A stretch of DNA of 64,000 bases from Utricularia gibba. Lineage: Eukaryota > Plantae > Magnoliophyta. This document shows positions 50,885 to 61,557 of this stretch, piece after piece. The translations under genes and the position numbers were made by a program. The notes under the pieces were generated by a model. It searched no databases and was not told where the DNA came from. It saw only the letters and a program-made list of their open reading frames with translations. The stretch is from assembly GCA_002189035.1 (NCBI GenBank), contig NEEC01000029.1:310001-374000 (forward strand). Direction: 5' to 3'. Position 1 is the first letter of the stretch, and each line of letters begins with the position of its first letter.

Positions 50885-51322
50885 CTAGCTCATATCCATG
50901 CCATCCACAATTCGGCCGCAAATCGGGGCTGTGGATGTAAATGACCTCTCAAACAGATTAGTGCGAGAGCGAGCATCCTTTCTGCGTTTAAAAGAACAAC
51001 TCTCCTGTGGGCAACTCTCGGACTCAAGCTTCCTACGAACACCTTTCACAGCTTGTTGTTCAACTGGGGTTAGTGGAAAAAACTTTTTGCTCACTCTGCA
51101 AACGCAGCTATGATTGTCATACAAAATTCTCTGGTTACAGTTACTGTCACAGATGTGATTAAAACCAGTTAGTTTGCAAAGATACATGTTTCCACAAACA
51201 TTCTCGTTTTGGCATTTCCAGTCACACTTGTGAACAGGGTTAGGCCCATCCTGGCCAGTAATACTTGACAAGTAAATGATATTTGTAGGAACAGCTACCA
51301 TATTTCTGCCAAATACCTCCAT
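50885..51322 (-). CDS. Single-exon 145-aa Cys/His-rich uncharacterized protein
   Basis: MEVFGRNMVAVPTNIIYLSSITGQDGPNPVHKCDWKC..LCKLTGFNHICDSNC..HSCVCRVS..FKRRKD..DGMDMS*. A 5' UTR intron donor GTAAGT lies at 51521-51526. Confidence 0.8.
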   Translation of the reverse strand: MEVFGRNMVAVPTNIIYLSSITGQDGPNPVHKCDWKCQNENVCGNMYLCKLTGFNHICDSNCNQRILYDNHSCVCRVSKKFFPLTPVEQQAVKGVRRKLESESCPQESCSFKRRKDARSRTNLFERSFTSTAPICGRIVDGMDMS

Positions 51323-51837
51323 TTTCTGGGTAAGAAAGCCGTCAAAGACAAAACACACTCGTATGATTTTCTGCATACCCAAAAAAAGATGGGGATTATT
51401 ACAACCCAGGGACGGAAATAGTTCGCTAATAAACTCACCATAACGGGCAGCAAGAAATCAGACCCTTTTTAAAGGGCAACACGCATTTCCCAGATCGAAA
51501 CATCAAGAACAACAGAAGTGACTTACCCGAGAGCCGCACAGACACAAGGGCAACCCCTCCCCCGCAGCGCCCAAAACCGTAGACAAAAAGGGGTAGCTCG
51601 GGGGTATTTATAGAAAATTAAAGCATTGTAGTGATCCTATTTTCCAGCAGTTGTCGTTAGGTAGCCCCTAGCGGGGACAAAAACGTCAATAACGAAATTG
51701 CAAAGTGCCCCCATGCTTCACGGGTATTACCATTTGCTGCCTCCGGTAGGCTAGTCCTAGTCCGCCGTTGGGACGCAAGCTGATATGGGTGTCATTCATT
51801 GGTTCCTACCACGCTCCGACACGGAGGCCACCAACCC

Positions 51838-51861
51838 AGCCCAAGCCCAAGCCCAAGCCCA
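51838..51861. promoter_or_regulatory. Four tandem AGCCCA (site II) hexamers
   Basis: AGCCCA x4 head to tail, upstream of the 50885-51322 gene. Confidence 0.55.
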
Positions 51862-52063
51862 ACTATAGATGAATAAAACACTGACAAGATACGAACAGGG
51901 CGATCATCTCCATCTCCATCTCCATCTCCCCCCCTTGAGAGACGTTTACTTTGGATTCTGGGATGCTCACTGAACGCAGGGAGTAATCATTTCCAATTCT
52001 GGAATCCGCATTGTAATCATCGTGGATGGTGTTGGTTATAAGTCTTTTGGCTGGGTGCTGCCC

Positions 52064-52153
52064 TAACTTGGTGCAGCAGCAGCAGCAGCAGCAGCTTTGC
52101 CGCTTCTGATTCAAGGATGACTGACTGACTGACTGACTGACTGCACCACTCTT
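52064..52153 (-). pseudogene. Degenerate copy of a stomatin-like gene exon with microsatellite expansions
   Basis: Matches 53295-53343 (CTTTGC[C/G]GCTTCTGATTCAAGGATGACTG core, 28 of 29 identical), interrupted by (GCA)7 and (TGAC)6. Confidence 0.8.
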
Positions 52154-52536
52154 CGTAGCATTTATGTCCTCCAGCACTCCAGTCTCCAGTAAGCCAGCCC
52201 AGAACCAGAGAAAGAGGTAGCTAACGAGTGAAGCAGAGAGCCGGACAACACACGTCCAACCATTTTGTTTGCATTCGCTATCCCACCTTCCGTTTAGTGG
52301 GGTTGGACTTGGCGCAACCAAAAACTGAATAACAATCAGATATCCTCGACAACAGATCCAACACACTGCGTGGGGAGGATAAGGCAAAACTAACCGATTT
52401 AGCACTGCAAATGTGCAGCAAACTCTGTTAAAAAAAAATAAAGACAAATAGTCTCACTAGTCCACATGGCGTTGCGCCATGTGCCAAAATGCTAGTTCTC
52501 AAGTGTTTCCAAAGAAAACAAACCTCAAAGTCCGTC

Positions 52537-54918
52537 TTATCTGCTAATCTTCTTTGGGGTTTGCAGAGAAAAAACAGGTTCATCTTCAAAATGGCGACGA
52601 ATAGCCTTGGCAGTAGGGGGGCTGCTGTCTTCATCAGATTTCGACGAAGGTTGAGGGCTATGTCCATTGGCCAAGACTTGTGGGAGCGCATTCACAGAAC
52701 TCTTTCCGATCATATTCTTATAGATAGCGAGGGCTTGAGACATCATATTTGCAGGGTTGGAAGCAGATGAGGGAAGTAACAGTGTGGTCCCCTGCAAAGC
52801 ACAGTTCACATAATATAATGAATCAGAAAGTCATGCACTCTAATCCAGATTTTCATGTGGAATTGAGCATTTACCTCCTTGGCAATATTGCCGAAGGCAT
52901 GAATATATTGCTCAGCAATTCTTAAACTGGCAGCCTGCAGACAAAACACATTAAGGCCAATGCTTGACAAAGGAGAATGTTATGATGTTGTATGGTGTTA
53001 TTTGATTCACGGTAGAAAAATTCACCTCTACTCCACCACTCTCTTCTAGTGATTTTGATACCAAAGCGATCCCTTGTGCCGTAGCTTGCGCCCTTGCAAG
53101 GATAGCTTGTGCTTCACCTGCAAAAAACAAGGAAGAGCGCCGATTTACATCTAAAAAAGGACATCTATTTCGACCGGATAAACAGTAAAAGCACTAGATG
53201 CTTAATATAAATCCAAATTTGCATCCTCCATAGTATTTTTCATGAAACATGACACACTATAATTCAGTTAGGCAAAATCAACCTTCAGCTCTGTTAACTT
53301 GGTCCAACTTTGCGGCTTCTGATTCAAGGATGACTGCACTCTTCTTACCATCAGCAATATTAATATTGGACTGACGCTCTCCTGCAAAACAATGGCGGAC
53401 ATTTTACTTCATGATATAGGGAGGAACCCTAAATTCTTTGGATCATATACAGAGAATGCATGTGGAAACTAGATGAAATTCTCTAAAATACAGTTAGTTA
53501 CCTTCAGATTCTAAAATTTGTGCCCTCTTCTTCCGCTCGGCTTCAGCTTGCATTTCCATGGCTGCTTTCACCCCTCTCGGAGGAGATATATCCCCTGTGG
53601 TGAACCAAACATCAACAATGAATGTTTGGAAAACCAAATGGTACCCTTCATCAAATTGGTTCAGTTAAAATCTCACTTATTTCATAACGGAGGCATTGTA
53701 AGCCCCAATCCCTAGCAGCTTCATTTATCGCATTCTGAAATAAAAACACAAATAAGTACGAGAATGTTAGAAAAAGTCAACGCTCAGTGCAGAAAAGCAT
53801 GCCACGTAATATGCACTTATCACTCACAACTATCTTCACATTCAGGGTGTCTCTTTCTTCAAAGGTCTTGTCCAGTGTGATCTTCCCCAGTTCACTTCGC
53901 ATAGTAGTCTGCGCAAGCTGAATCACAGCATACAGTGGATTCTCAACACCATATGATGCCAACTTCGGGTCCACAATCTGGGATAACAGAGACGAGTTAG
54001 AATACATCAAGCAAAGAAGGTAATTAAAAAAGAAGAAGAAGAGATGCCAGTCCGAATTAACGTGCCTTAACGTAGAGAACTCCATCAATTTGGATGCTGA
54101 CATTGTCCTTTGTAATAGCAGACTGGTCAGGAATGGGAATTGCCTCCTCTTTCAGTGAATGAACATAAGCAATTTTATCTACGAACGGAATCAGCACGTG
54201 GATTCCTGGATTCAGTGTTTTCAAGTACTTCCCAAACCTCTCAATCACAAATGCTTTCTTCTCAGGGACAATGCGCAACCCCCAATTCATTGGCGGAGCT
54301 ACCTCATACCTAAACAGAGGAGCATACTGTTATGATATTCCTATCAAGCCATCATTTTGTTACACAGATATATGTCCAACAACCATAAACCCAGTCAAGA
54401 TCAATTAACAATAACCTTCAATATCTGAAACACATGAAACATTTCGTCACTAGGTATTAACCAAGGAAACTCACAATGTTGTTGACAGACCAGACTTACT
54501 GGCAATAATCTTCATAGCTAAAACAAATACGGCACAAGACAATCAATTACTACGTACAACTGATGCAATATCGCACAGTACATGAACTCCTCGTTCAGTC
54601 GCAACGCATTTTACGAAAAAATGCAGAAAAATGAAATGAATCAACAAACCGGATGGCCATCACAACAAAGGTACTTCAAAATAAAGACATTCAGAAGAAG
54701 AAAGCGTACCTAGCGTTTGGGTCACGTCCTTGGCGTATAAAGCGCGCGGTTGATGGTAAATACGTAGACGGAACCAGAGGCAGAGGACCTGAAATCGATG
54801 GCTGCCGGAGGAGCTGCGGAGGCGCTGTGGAAATCAAGCGGCCTGTCGCTAACTGTGAATTGATCAGCTGTCTGATCATCCTACACTTGGGGAGGGTGCT
54901 CGATTTAACTAGATTCAT
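52537..54918 (-). CDS. SLP: Mitochondrial stomatin-like SPFH/Band 7 protein (SLP1/SLP2-like)
   Basis: Presequence; [21 protein letters not shown]; [18 protein letters not shown] (GC donor); [23 protein letters not shown]; [16 protein letters not shown]; [20 protein letters not shown]; PVFSLQ. Confidence 0.94.
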
Positions 54919-55360
54919 GACACGATTCCTCGGATTGTGCCAAGAAAGCAGAAGCAATTCTTGAGAGATGTGAAACACAGGAAGACCCAGTAAATGCGAA
55001 GTGTAACTGATATTTTACACGAGGGTTTCTTGCAGAAAAAACCAGTGCGTCGGAGCAAAGTAATTGTGTCCGGGGCACTGATTTCTCCAGTTAACGTTCA
55101 CAAATGATATTAGGCCTGGGAAATGGATATTTTTGTAAGGGGCCTACTGACTTACAGAGGTCCATAAGGCTTTAGTCGGCCCAATCCGAAAAATACTGAT
55201 CCTACACGTGGATGTCATCCTGACCGCTGATTCTCCAGATTTCTGTATATCAAATGCAACGCCCACCAACGGAACATCATCCAAATGTCCTCCACATCCC
55301 CAGCCTCACGACCACCACCCATCGGCCTTTCCGCCGCCGTCGCCACCGCCACCAGATTAA

Positions 55361-56241
55361 ATGTCTGCCGCACCGCCGCCGCCTCCACCTCCCTCCAACG
55401 CTAGCTTGGTCAAACAGCCTGCTTCTCTCCCAGACGCTATCTTCAGTGCGCTCTCTCTCTTCGTTCTCTTCTCCACTTCTCCCAAGCCTGCATCCCTCTC
55501 TTTTCCAGTAACCAACATCAAATTCTCCTCCCCTTAAGGTTCCGGAAACTTCAAAAAACAGGGGCCAGAAGCTTACAGCGTCTGGCCCCTGTTTTCGCCA
55601 CTCCGCAGTCGCTATCCGATTGGCTGAAGCCGCGGATGTCCGCCGACCTATTCGGCGCTTGGGGAGTCAAACCGGGGACCAAAAATGTTCACAATCTGTG
55701 GCTCGAAATCCTCGAAGGAGAGACGTCTTTAGCCGATTCAACTCCTCCTGTTCGCACGGTTGAAGTAGTGATCGTCAGGATCATCCGAAGCGGCAGCAAC
55801 AAAATCCTGATAGAATCGCACCAGGAGCTCTCCAACGGCATCATCCGAGATCGGCGTCGCCCGCTGTCGGAGAAAATGAAGCCCGGCGAATCAATCGAGG
55901 CCGCTGTATACCGAGCTTTGAGAGAGGAGCTGGGATCAGTACTCGAAACTGGGATTCCCGATCAAAATCGCGGTTACAGTTCCGTGATCCATGGGAACGT
56001 GAAAATCATCCCGGGTTCGTATGTGAGAAGAGTGGAGGAGAGAGTTTCAGCATCATACCCTGGTTTGCCTGCTTGCTATGTTCTACATACTGTGGATACA
56101 GAGGTAGATGGCTTGCCTGAGTGCGATTTCTTCACTGAGGAAACTTCAGAATATGGAGGCTTGGATGAGAATAGTTGGGTAGATTTTGCTGTTTCCTGTA
56201 AGAAGCATTACTGGAGATGGGTTGATTGTGATTCAGCCTAA
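55361..56241 (+). CDS. Conserved uncharacterized plant protein with a Nudix-like fold region
   Basis: MSAAPPPPPPP..DAIFSALSLFVLFS; FATPQSLSDWLKPR..WGVKPGTKNVHNLWLE; LSEKMKPGESIEAAVYRALREELG; ERVSASYPGLPACYVLHTV; KKHYWRWV. Frame joined across C4 run 55530-55533. Confidence 0.8.
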
Positions 56242-56500
56242 TCATCTGAGGGGAAATCCTTGCATTTTTGTCTCATACATAAATGTGGTTTTGATATCTC
56301 CAGCTTTGGAGGAAAAGATTCTATATACCTCTTTCCCTTGATGCAACTTGATCAAGTCATTTGAGTTTCAAATTTGTACTGCGCTTGAAATTCAGATAGC
56401 CATGTATTCCATACATTTGCTTCATCTTTCAGCTTAGTCAAAGGAAGGTGAAATCTAAGGAAACAGGCGAACCCATTCCACCAAAACTTGCTCACCCTGG

Positions 56501-58646
56501 CTATGAAGCCGGATTCCCTGGTTGAGGAAGAGGATCATTCGGCGCTTGACGAACGAATTGTCCTTTCACCCGGGGACGTTGCTCCGCGAGTTTCTTTCGG
56601 CTTTCGTATCGGACCTGCGCAAGACATGCCATATGATGTTGGCCATCTAGTAGACAGAACGTGCGGTGACAAGAAGAGTACCTTTTTCTCGAAACATCTT
56701 TCTTTCCGTTTCAACCTGAACTTCATCAGAGCAGCTTCTCTTTGCAACGAGCGTTGCAGGGCTCCATCGTCGTTGCCGCATTCTGACGGGGTTGCTGCGG
56801 CAGGGGCACAACTGATGTGGCCGTTGGAGGACTTTGCACTGCCACCGCTATTGTTTCCTACGGAAGCAGGGTTCTCGATCCCCACTTTGTCTGATTTCTT
56901 GTCTGCATGGTCAGTGCAGCCGCTGTTTCTTCCATCCAAATGACCATCTGAGGCATGGCAGTCTGATGGAAGATGGCATGAGTCCTTTTCGGCTTGCACA
57001 CCAAGGATAGGATGCACTCGGGAGTCACAAGCATTAGCCCCACTCTCATATCTTAAACCTCTAACGGGAATTGGGTGAAATATTTCTCTGTCTGGAGAAC
57101 ATGGGTGTGTGGTTTCAACCTGCGCCGTGGGAGTGTGCATCTCCTGTGCCCTATATTTGACGCAGTAACTAGAGGCTAAATTCTCCGGAACGATTTCATG
57201 ATCCTTCTGTTGCGTATCCATCAACGATGAGCTTGCCATTCGCTTTGGCTTGTTTACGTACCTGAAAGAGAGTGAGCTTTTGGTAAATAAATCAGACAAT
57301 GTGAGCATCACAGATTTAGAATTCGAAATGCTGATCATCCTTCGGGCTAAACTTACCTTGAAAAGGGTGATGCCTCTGAGTGGTTCAACTGAGGTTCTGG
57401 AATCGCATGATTCGTAGAGCCATCTGGATGAGATCTCGGAAGAGAAAGATCCAACTGAGGTACAGCGTCCTCGGAACAAATACTTGAAACACCAGTGGGA
57501 TGATTATCAGAGGCTCCGATGGCTTCTCCCAATTTGATTCCCTGGATTCTGCTTTCCACCGAATTTGCACCAGAGATACGTCCCCTGCTTTCTGGCTGCG
57601 GATGGCCATGGACAGTTTCCGCATCTTCGTCTTCATCTCCATCATTTCTGGACTCAAGTTTTGTGCACGAACTCTGCAATGAAACGGAGACCATGCATGA
57701 GACGGATTGAGCCCTCAACCACCTTATTAAGCCAAGAATACCTGAGCATCACTGCCTTTCTCGATATACTCTTCAGATCGGCGGACACAAGCCACACATC
57801 TACTAGAGTTGTTATCCATGGCAGCATTGTTTTCAGCTGTGTCTTCTTCATCCTTCTTTTGGCCTATACTCTCCTCCGGTGGACCGAGGCCAGCAGCATT
57901 ACTTGACTGAGACTATCACAGAGAGCAAAAGCAGACTTATGCACAGGAACCTTCAGATTTCATCACAACAAGGAAACTTACAGCCTGCTTCCGCCAGACA
58001 TGTTGCCACAAGTTCCTCAGCTCATTCTTCCGGACTGGCTTCACGAGGAAGTCGGTAGCGCCTCTCAGCATGCATTTGTAGACACTACTCACCGAGTCGT
58101 GACACGACATCACTGCCATGTTTTCCATATAACCGCACCTTGAGAAATTTCATACAACTACAACATTCATAAACAGGATACGCAGCATACTTATCACAGG
58201 AATGTTGTTGCATGCTTCATTTTCCATAATCAACGCAAGGAGGGCGTATCCAGAGATCAATGGCAAATCCACTTCTGCCAAAATCAGATCTACGGAACAC
58301 GGTCTTGCTCTGAGCACCTCCCATGCCTTCAAACCATCCGCAACCGCAGCAACTGATACAATGGAAGGCGGCGAGGTATTATATTTAGGGTACTAACTGA
58401 AAATAGGAAACAGGGTCCAACTATCACCCAACCTTTGTAACTGCATTTTCTGAGAAGCGCAGCGATAATCTGTCTGGTGGAATCATCGGCTTCCACCAAC
58501 AGAACCCTAAGCACCAATTTCGGAGGAAACCTCCCCCACATCACGACAGAGGGAGGACTGAGCGCCTCCCCGGCCACCTTGGCATCGTTATTTCTGTTCT
58601 CCAACTGCTCCTTTCCACTGGCACTGCTGATGACACCTTCTACCAT
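56501..58646 (-). CDS. PRR: Pseudo-response regulator, PRR5/PRR9 clade (pseudo-receiver + CCT)
   Basis: [25 protein letters not shown]; [10 protein letters not shown] (Asp-to-Glu pseudo-receiver); [25 protein letters not shown]; KGSDAQSSCTK; QLDLSL; [44 protein letters not shown]. Confidence 0.95.
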
Positions 58647-58795
58647 ACCTGAAAATGGTGGCTGCGTTTGAAGAAGAAAGCATATGCTGTAGGAATCGCA
58701 GAAGTGGGTTGGGGGAATCAGGATTTTCAGCCGGCGAGAAAAAACGCCTCCTCCCGTTATCTTTCCTATCCGTTTGAAAAGCGTGTACTTTGCCC

Positions 58796-59242
58796 AAAAT
58801 ATCTGCACACACAGACTCCATGCTTCCCATATCAATCAATTTAACGCTGATCTGCCAACAGCCACAGGATCCGATGGCTCCGATGAGCCAGCAGGCTTCC
58901 CATCATCGCCACGGTGTACCGGTGAGGGCCGCCCCTAAAGAAACGGAAATTCCACACTGCCCCTTGCTGCCCTTTATGCAAATAGGGATTTGGGGGGAGA
59001 TTTGGGAAATAAAAGGAAGGTGGGGGCAAAATGCAAATACTGCCTGACAAAGAATTAGCAGACGTGTCTCCCACCACCGAACCAACCAACCAACAGGTGA
59101 GTGAAAATCAATCCTCCATTTTTATTTTATGTATTGTATTTCTCAGCCTCAAGATTCAATCTAGCAAGATATTTGGGCCAGTGTGTGTGGGCCCCGCTGT
59201 GGGATATTTTTAAGGGCTCCCCTTCGGAGATCCTGACACGTG
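58796..59242. promoter_or_regulatory. Evening elements and G-box upstream of the PRR gene
   Basis: AAAATATCT at 58796-58804; AGATATTT (reverse-complement evening element) at 59167-59174; near-match GATATTTT at 59203-59210; CACGTG at 59237-59242. Confidence 0.7.
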
Positions 59243-59618
59243 GACGACGATGGGATGGATTTGTGGTCCCCCGTTAGAGTCCACTCCATCGGCCCATTAT
59301 TTTATCTCATAGACTTGGGCTGCCAGTTAAAAAAAAAGGATTCGGTTTAGGGCAAACGGGCTAGGTCCATCAGTCACTGAATGAAATGGAATTTGGAAAG
59401 TAGGATGTGACTTTTGAAGAGCACCCCGCAGATTTCTTCTCTCCAAAGCCTCTCTCCTCTTTGTTCCGGCAGTTGAGTACGGAGGAGGGCTTTAAACTTG
59501 ACGCTGATATCAGGTTGCCCATGGCTAACACACTTTTTTCGCAGTAACTCTTACTTGTGAATTTGTTCCTCATCGTTTTTTTTGTGACGAATATATTATC
59601 GCTTCAAGTTTTGTAGTG

Positions 59619-60572
59619 ATGGCTGCGGTGGGAAATGCTGGGATGGCTCCTTGTCGTCATCAAGTCGGGATTTTCAGCATAACGATATTGCTGGGGATCA
59701 GCAACGTCGTCAGCTGTCGGTGCGACCATCCAAATGTTGACAAAGAATGATGATCAAGATTACAAATTGTTGCATCAGAAGATGTCGAATGGTTGCCGTC
59801 AGCCGCAGGAGGAGAAAAAAATCAATGTTGGGTCTGAGGGTTACAGCAGGGAGGTTAGGGATTTGGAGGAAATGTTGTCACAGTTGAATCCGATGGCGGA
59901 AGAATTTGTCCCCCTATCGCTGGCGGCTTTTGGAGGCAGCACGTTTATTCTCCTTCAAATTTTGGGTATAATGCCCATGGATTTGTGATTCCGCAACTCT
60001 GTAGTTTCAACCGGGAGTGGGTTTGGGAGAGTTTGTATTCTCCTTCAATTTTGTTTCCTTGATTGACTTGGAAGCAAAATTCAAGTGCGTCATCCTTGAG
60101 ATTGCTGACAGGACGAGCTGCCATTTCGAATAAAATTCGGTTTCTTTGGCGATACTGAGACTCGGTCACTTTCAAAACACTAACAAAGCAATGTACTGCC
60201 TTCTCCGCTTGTTTTGGATGTTGACTCGTTTGTGTCTCTTATGTATATGCAGAAGCAAAATGGGTTCACACATGGAAAAAGGCGGATGGCTCAAATAGAA
60301 GAGGTGATCAGGAGGACTGGCAATGATTCCCACATTGATCATCAGGTGACGGGAATTGGGTTACTTGCTTGCGCTTTTTCTTTTTGTCTTAATCTTACTG
60401 ATTCTTAAATTCAGAAGTGCCTTGGAATTTGAGAGCGCTAGTGTCTGACATAAGGAAGATCAATCTTTCCCCTTGGTTTCAATGTATGTTACTGAAGAGC
60501 CACTTGCTGCACTGTTATCAACTGCGGACAGGACAGGTGATTATTCCTAAACACGGACATCGAACACAGCAA
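59619..60572 (+). pseudogene. Truncated, frameshifted tandem duplicate of the CID gene
   Basis: Aligns with exons 1-3 of 61558-63953 (LLHQKMSNG; SEGYSREVRDLEEMLSQLNPMAEEFVP; KQNGFTHGKRRM; VTEEPLAAL). Stop soon after ATG 59619, deletions, and it ends before the RRM is complete. Confidence 0.85.
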
Positions 60573-60989
60573 AGCAATGATGCACCGCCTGCACCTCCGA
60601 TGCGCTGAGTTGTCTCTCTAGTTGAGAGGACCAGTGGAGGTGGTGCATACATAGCTGGACGACGGTAGTTTTCGGTTAGCTTGCGCTGCTGCAGCAGCAG
60701 CATCCACAGTTGAGCATCTGGCGGTGCTGCCAGGGACTTGTGGGTGGTTTCTTGCCTGCATTTACGGCTCTTGGCGGCGCAGCCCGTCTCCCCTCCGGTC
60801 GATCTGAATTGCACTCGAAACGAGGGGGCGGCCGCGCGCTGGAGTGCTTCATGCCTGTTGGAAATATTATTTATTTTTATGAGAAAGTAAATGAAAATGG
60901 GGGCCGGCGTGGCAGAATCGAACAAGGACACGAGTGGCTGCTGCGTTGAGAGTGGGGCCCAGCTGTTAGAACGAAAAGTCCAATGAAGG

Positions 60990-61011
60990 GTGTGTGTGTG
61001 TGTGTGTGTGT
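60990..61011. repeat. (GT)n microsatellite
   Basis: About 11 GT units. Confidence 0.95.
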
Positions 61012-61557
61012 ATTATATTACCCAAGAAGGTGATCAGTGAGATATGTGATAGTAAATAATAAATTAATTAGCATTAGCAGGGGACGGAGTCAAACTCAAG
61101 AAAAACAAGTGAATTTTGAAGGGGAAGGGAGAAGAAGGTTATCGAGGAAACCCCCCTCCCCTCCCCTCCCCACCCCATTTCCATTTCCTGCTCTCTAAAA
61201 CCCCCCTCCCTTTCTCTCTCTCTCTCGCTCTCAGTGTGGCCTTGTATTCTTTTTTCTCTGCACAAAAATTGATGATCTTGCAGATGCTTCAGATGATTGG
61301 CTCCAATAATTGACTACTGACCACGGCCTTAAGCTTTACTCTCGCATCGCATCAGGAGGTTGTCTCTGATTAAACCATCATCAATCCTTTTTTATTTTTA
61401 GTCTTAATCGTTTTCATCTCTGGTGGGTTTTATTTGTTCGGGCGCCTTGCCTTTTTCCGTTGGATCAAAATCTGGATTTTTTCAGGTTCGATTTCGTTTT
61501 TGTGTTTGATCGTTTTTTCTCTTGTCAGGGAACGATTCTCGCTCCGGTTCTCTAGTG

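Noticed and set aside
51863-52447. 194-aa poly-Cys ORF as a metallothionein-like gene
   Set aside because: It starts at TTG with no useful ATG. The Cys and ME runs come from microsatellites in and beside a duplicated stomatin exon.
24542-54918. Functional cluster of mitochondrial genes (OMA1-like, primase, PPR, stomatin-like)
   Set aside because: The stomatin gene is over 20 kb away with many unrelated genes between. Organelle-targeted genes are common, so co-location is probably chance.
835-56241. Calling GDSL, eIF2A, SPPL, SGNH, kinesin, BRIP, ATG13 and the Nudix-like gene pseudogenes, or invoking programmed frameshifting for them
   Set aside because: Each break sits in a homopolymer and the rest of each protein and its splice sites are intact. 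Consensus error is much more parsimonious than simultaneous loss or recoding of unrelated housekeeping genes.
60580-60648. miR530-like microRNA precursor
   Set aside because: Only the 3' part (CCTGCACCTCC) resembles miR530, and the duplex has a 6-nt asymmetric bulge that does not fit plant miRNA criteria.
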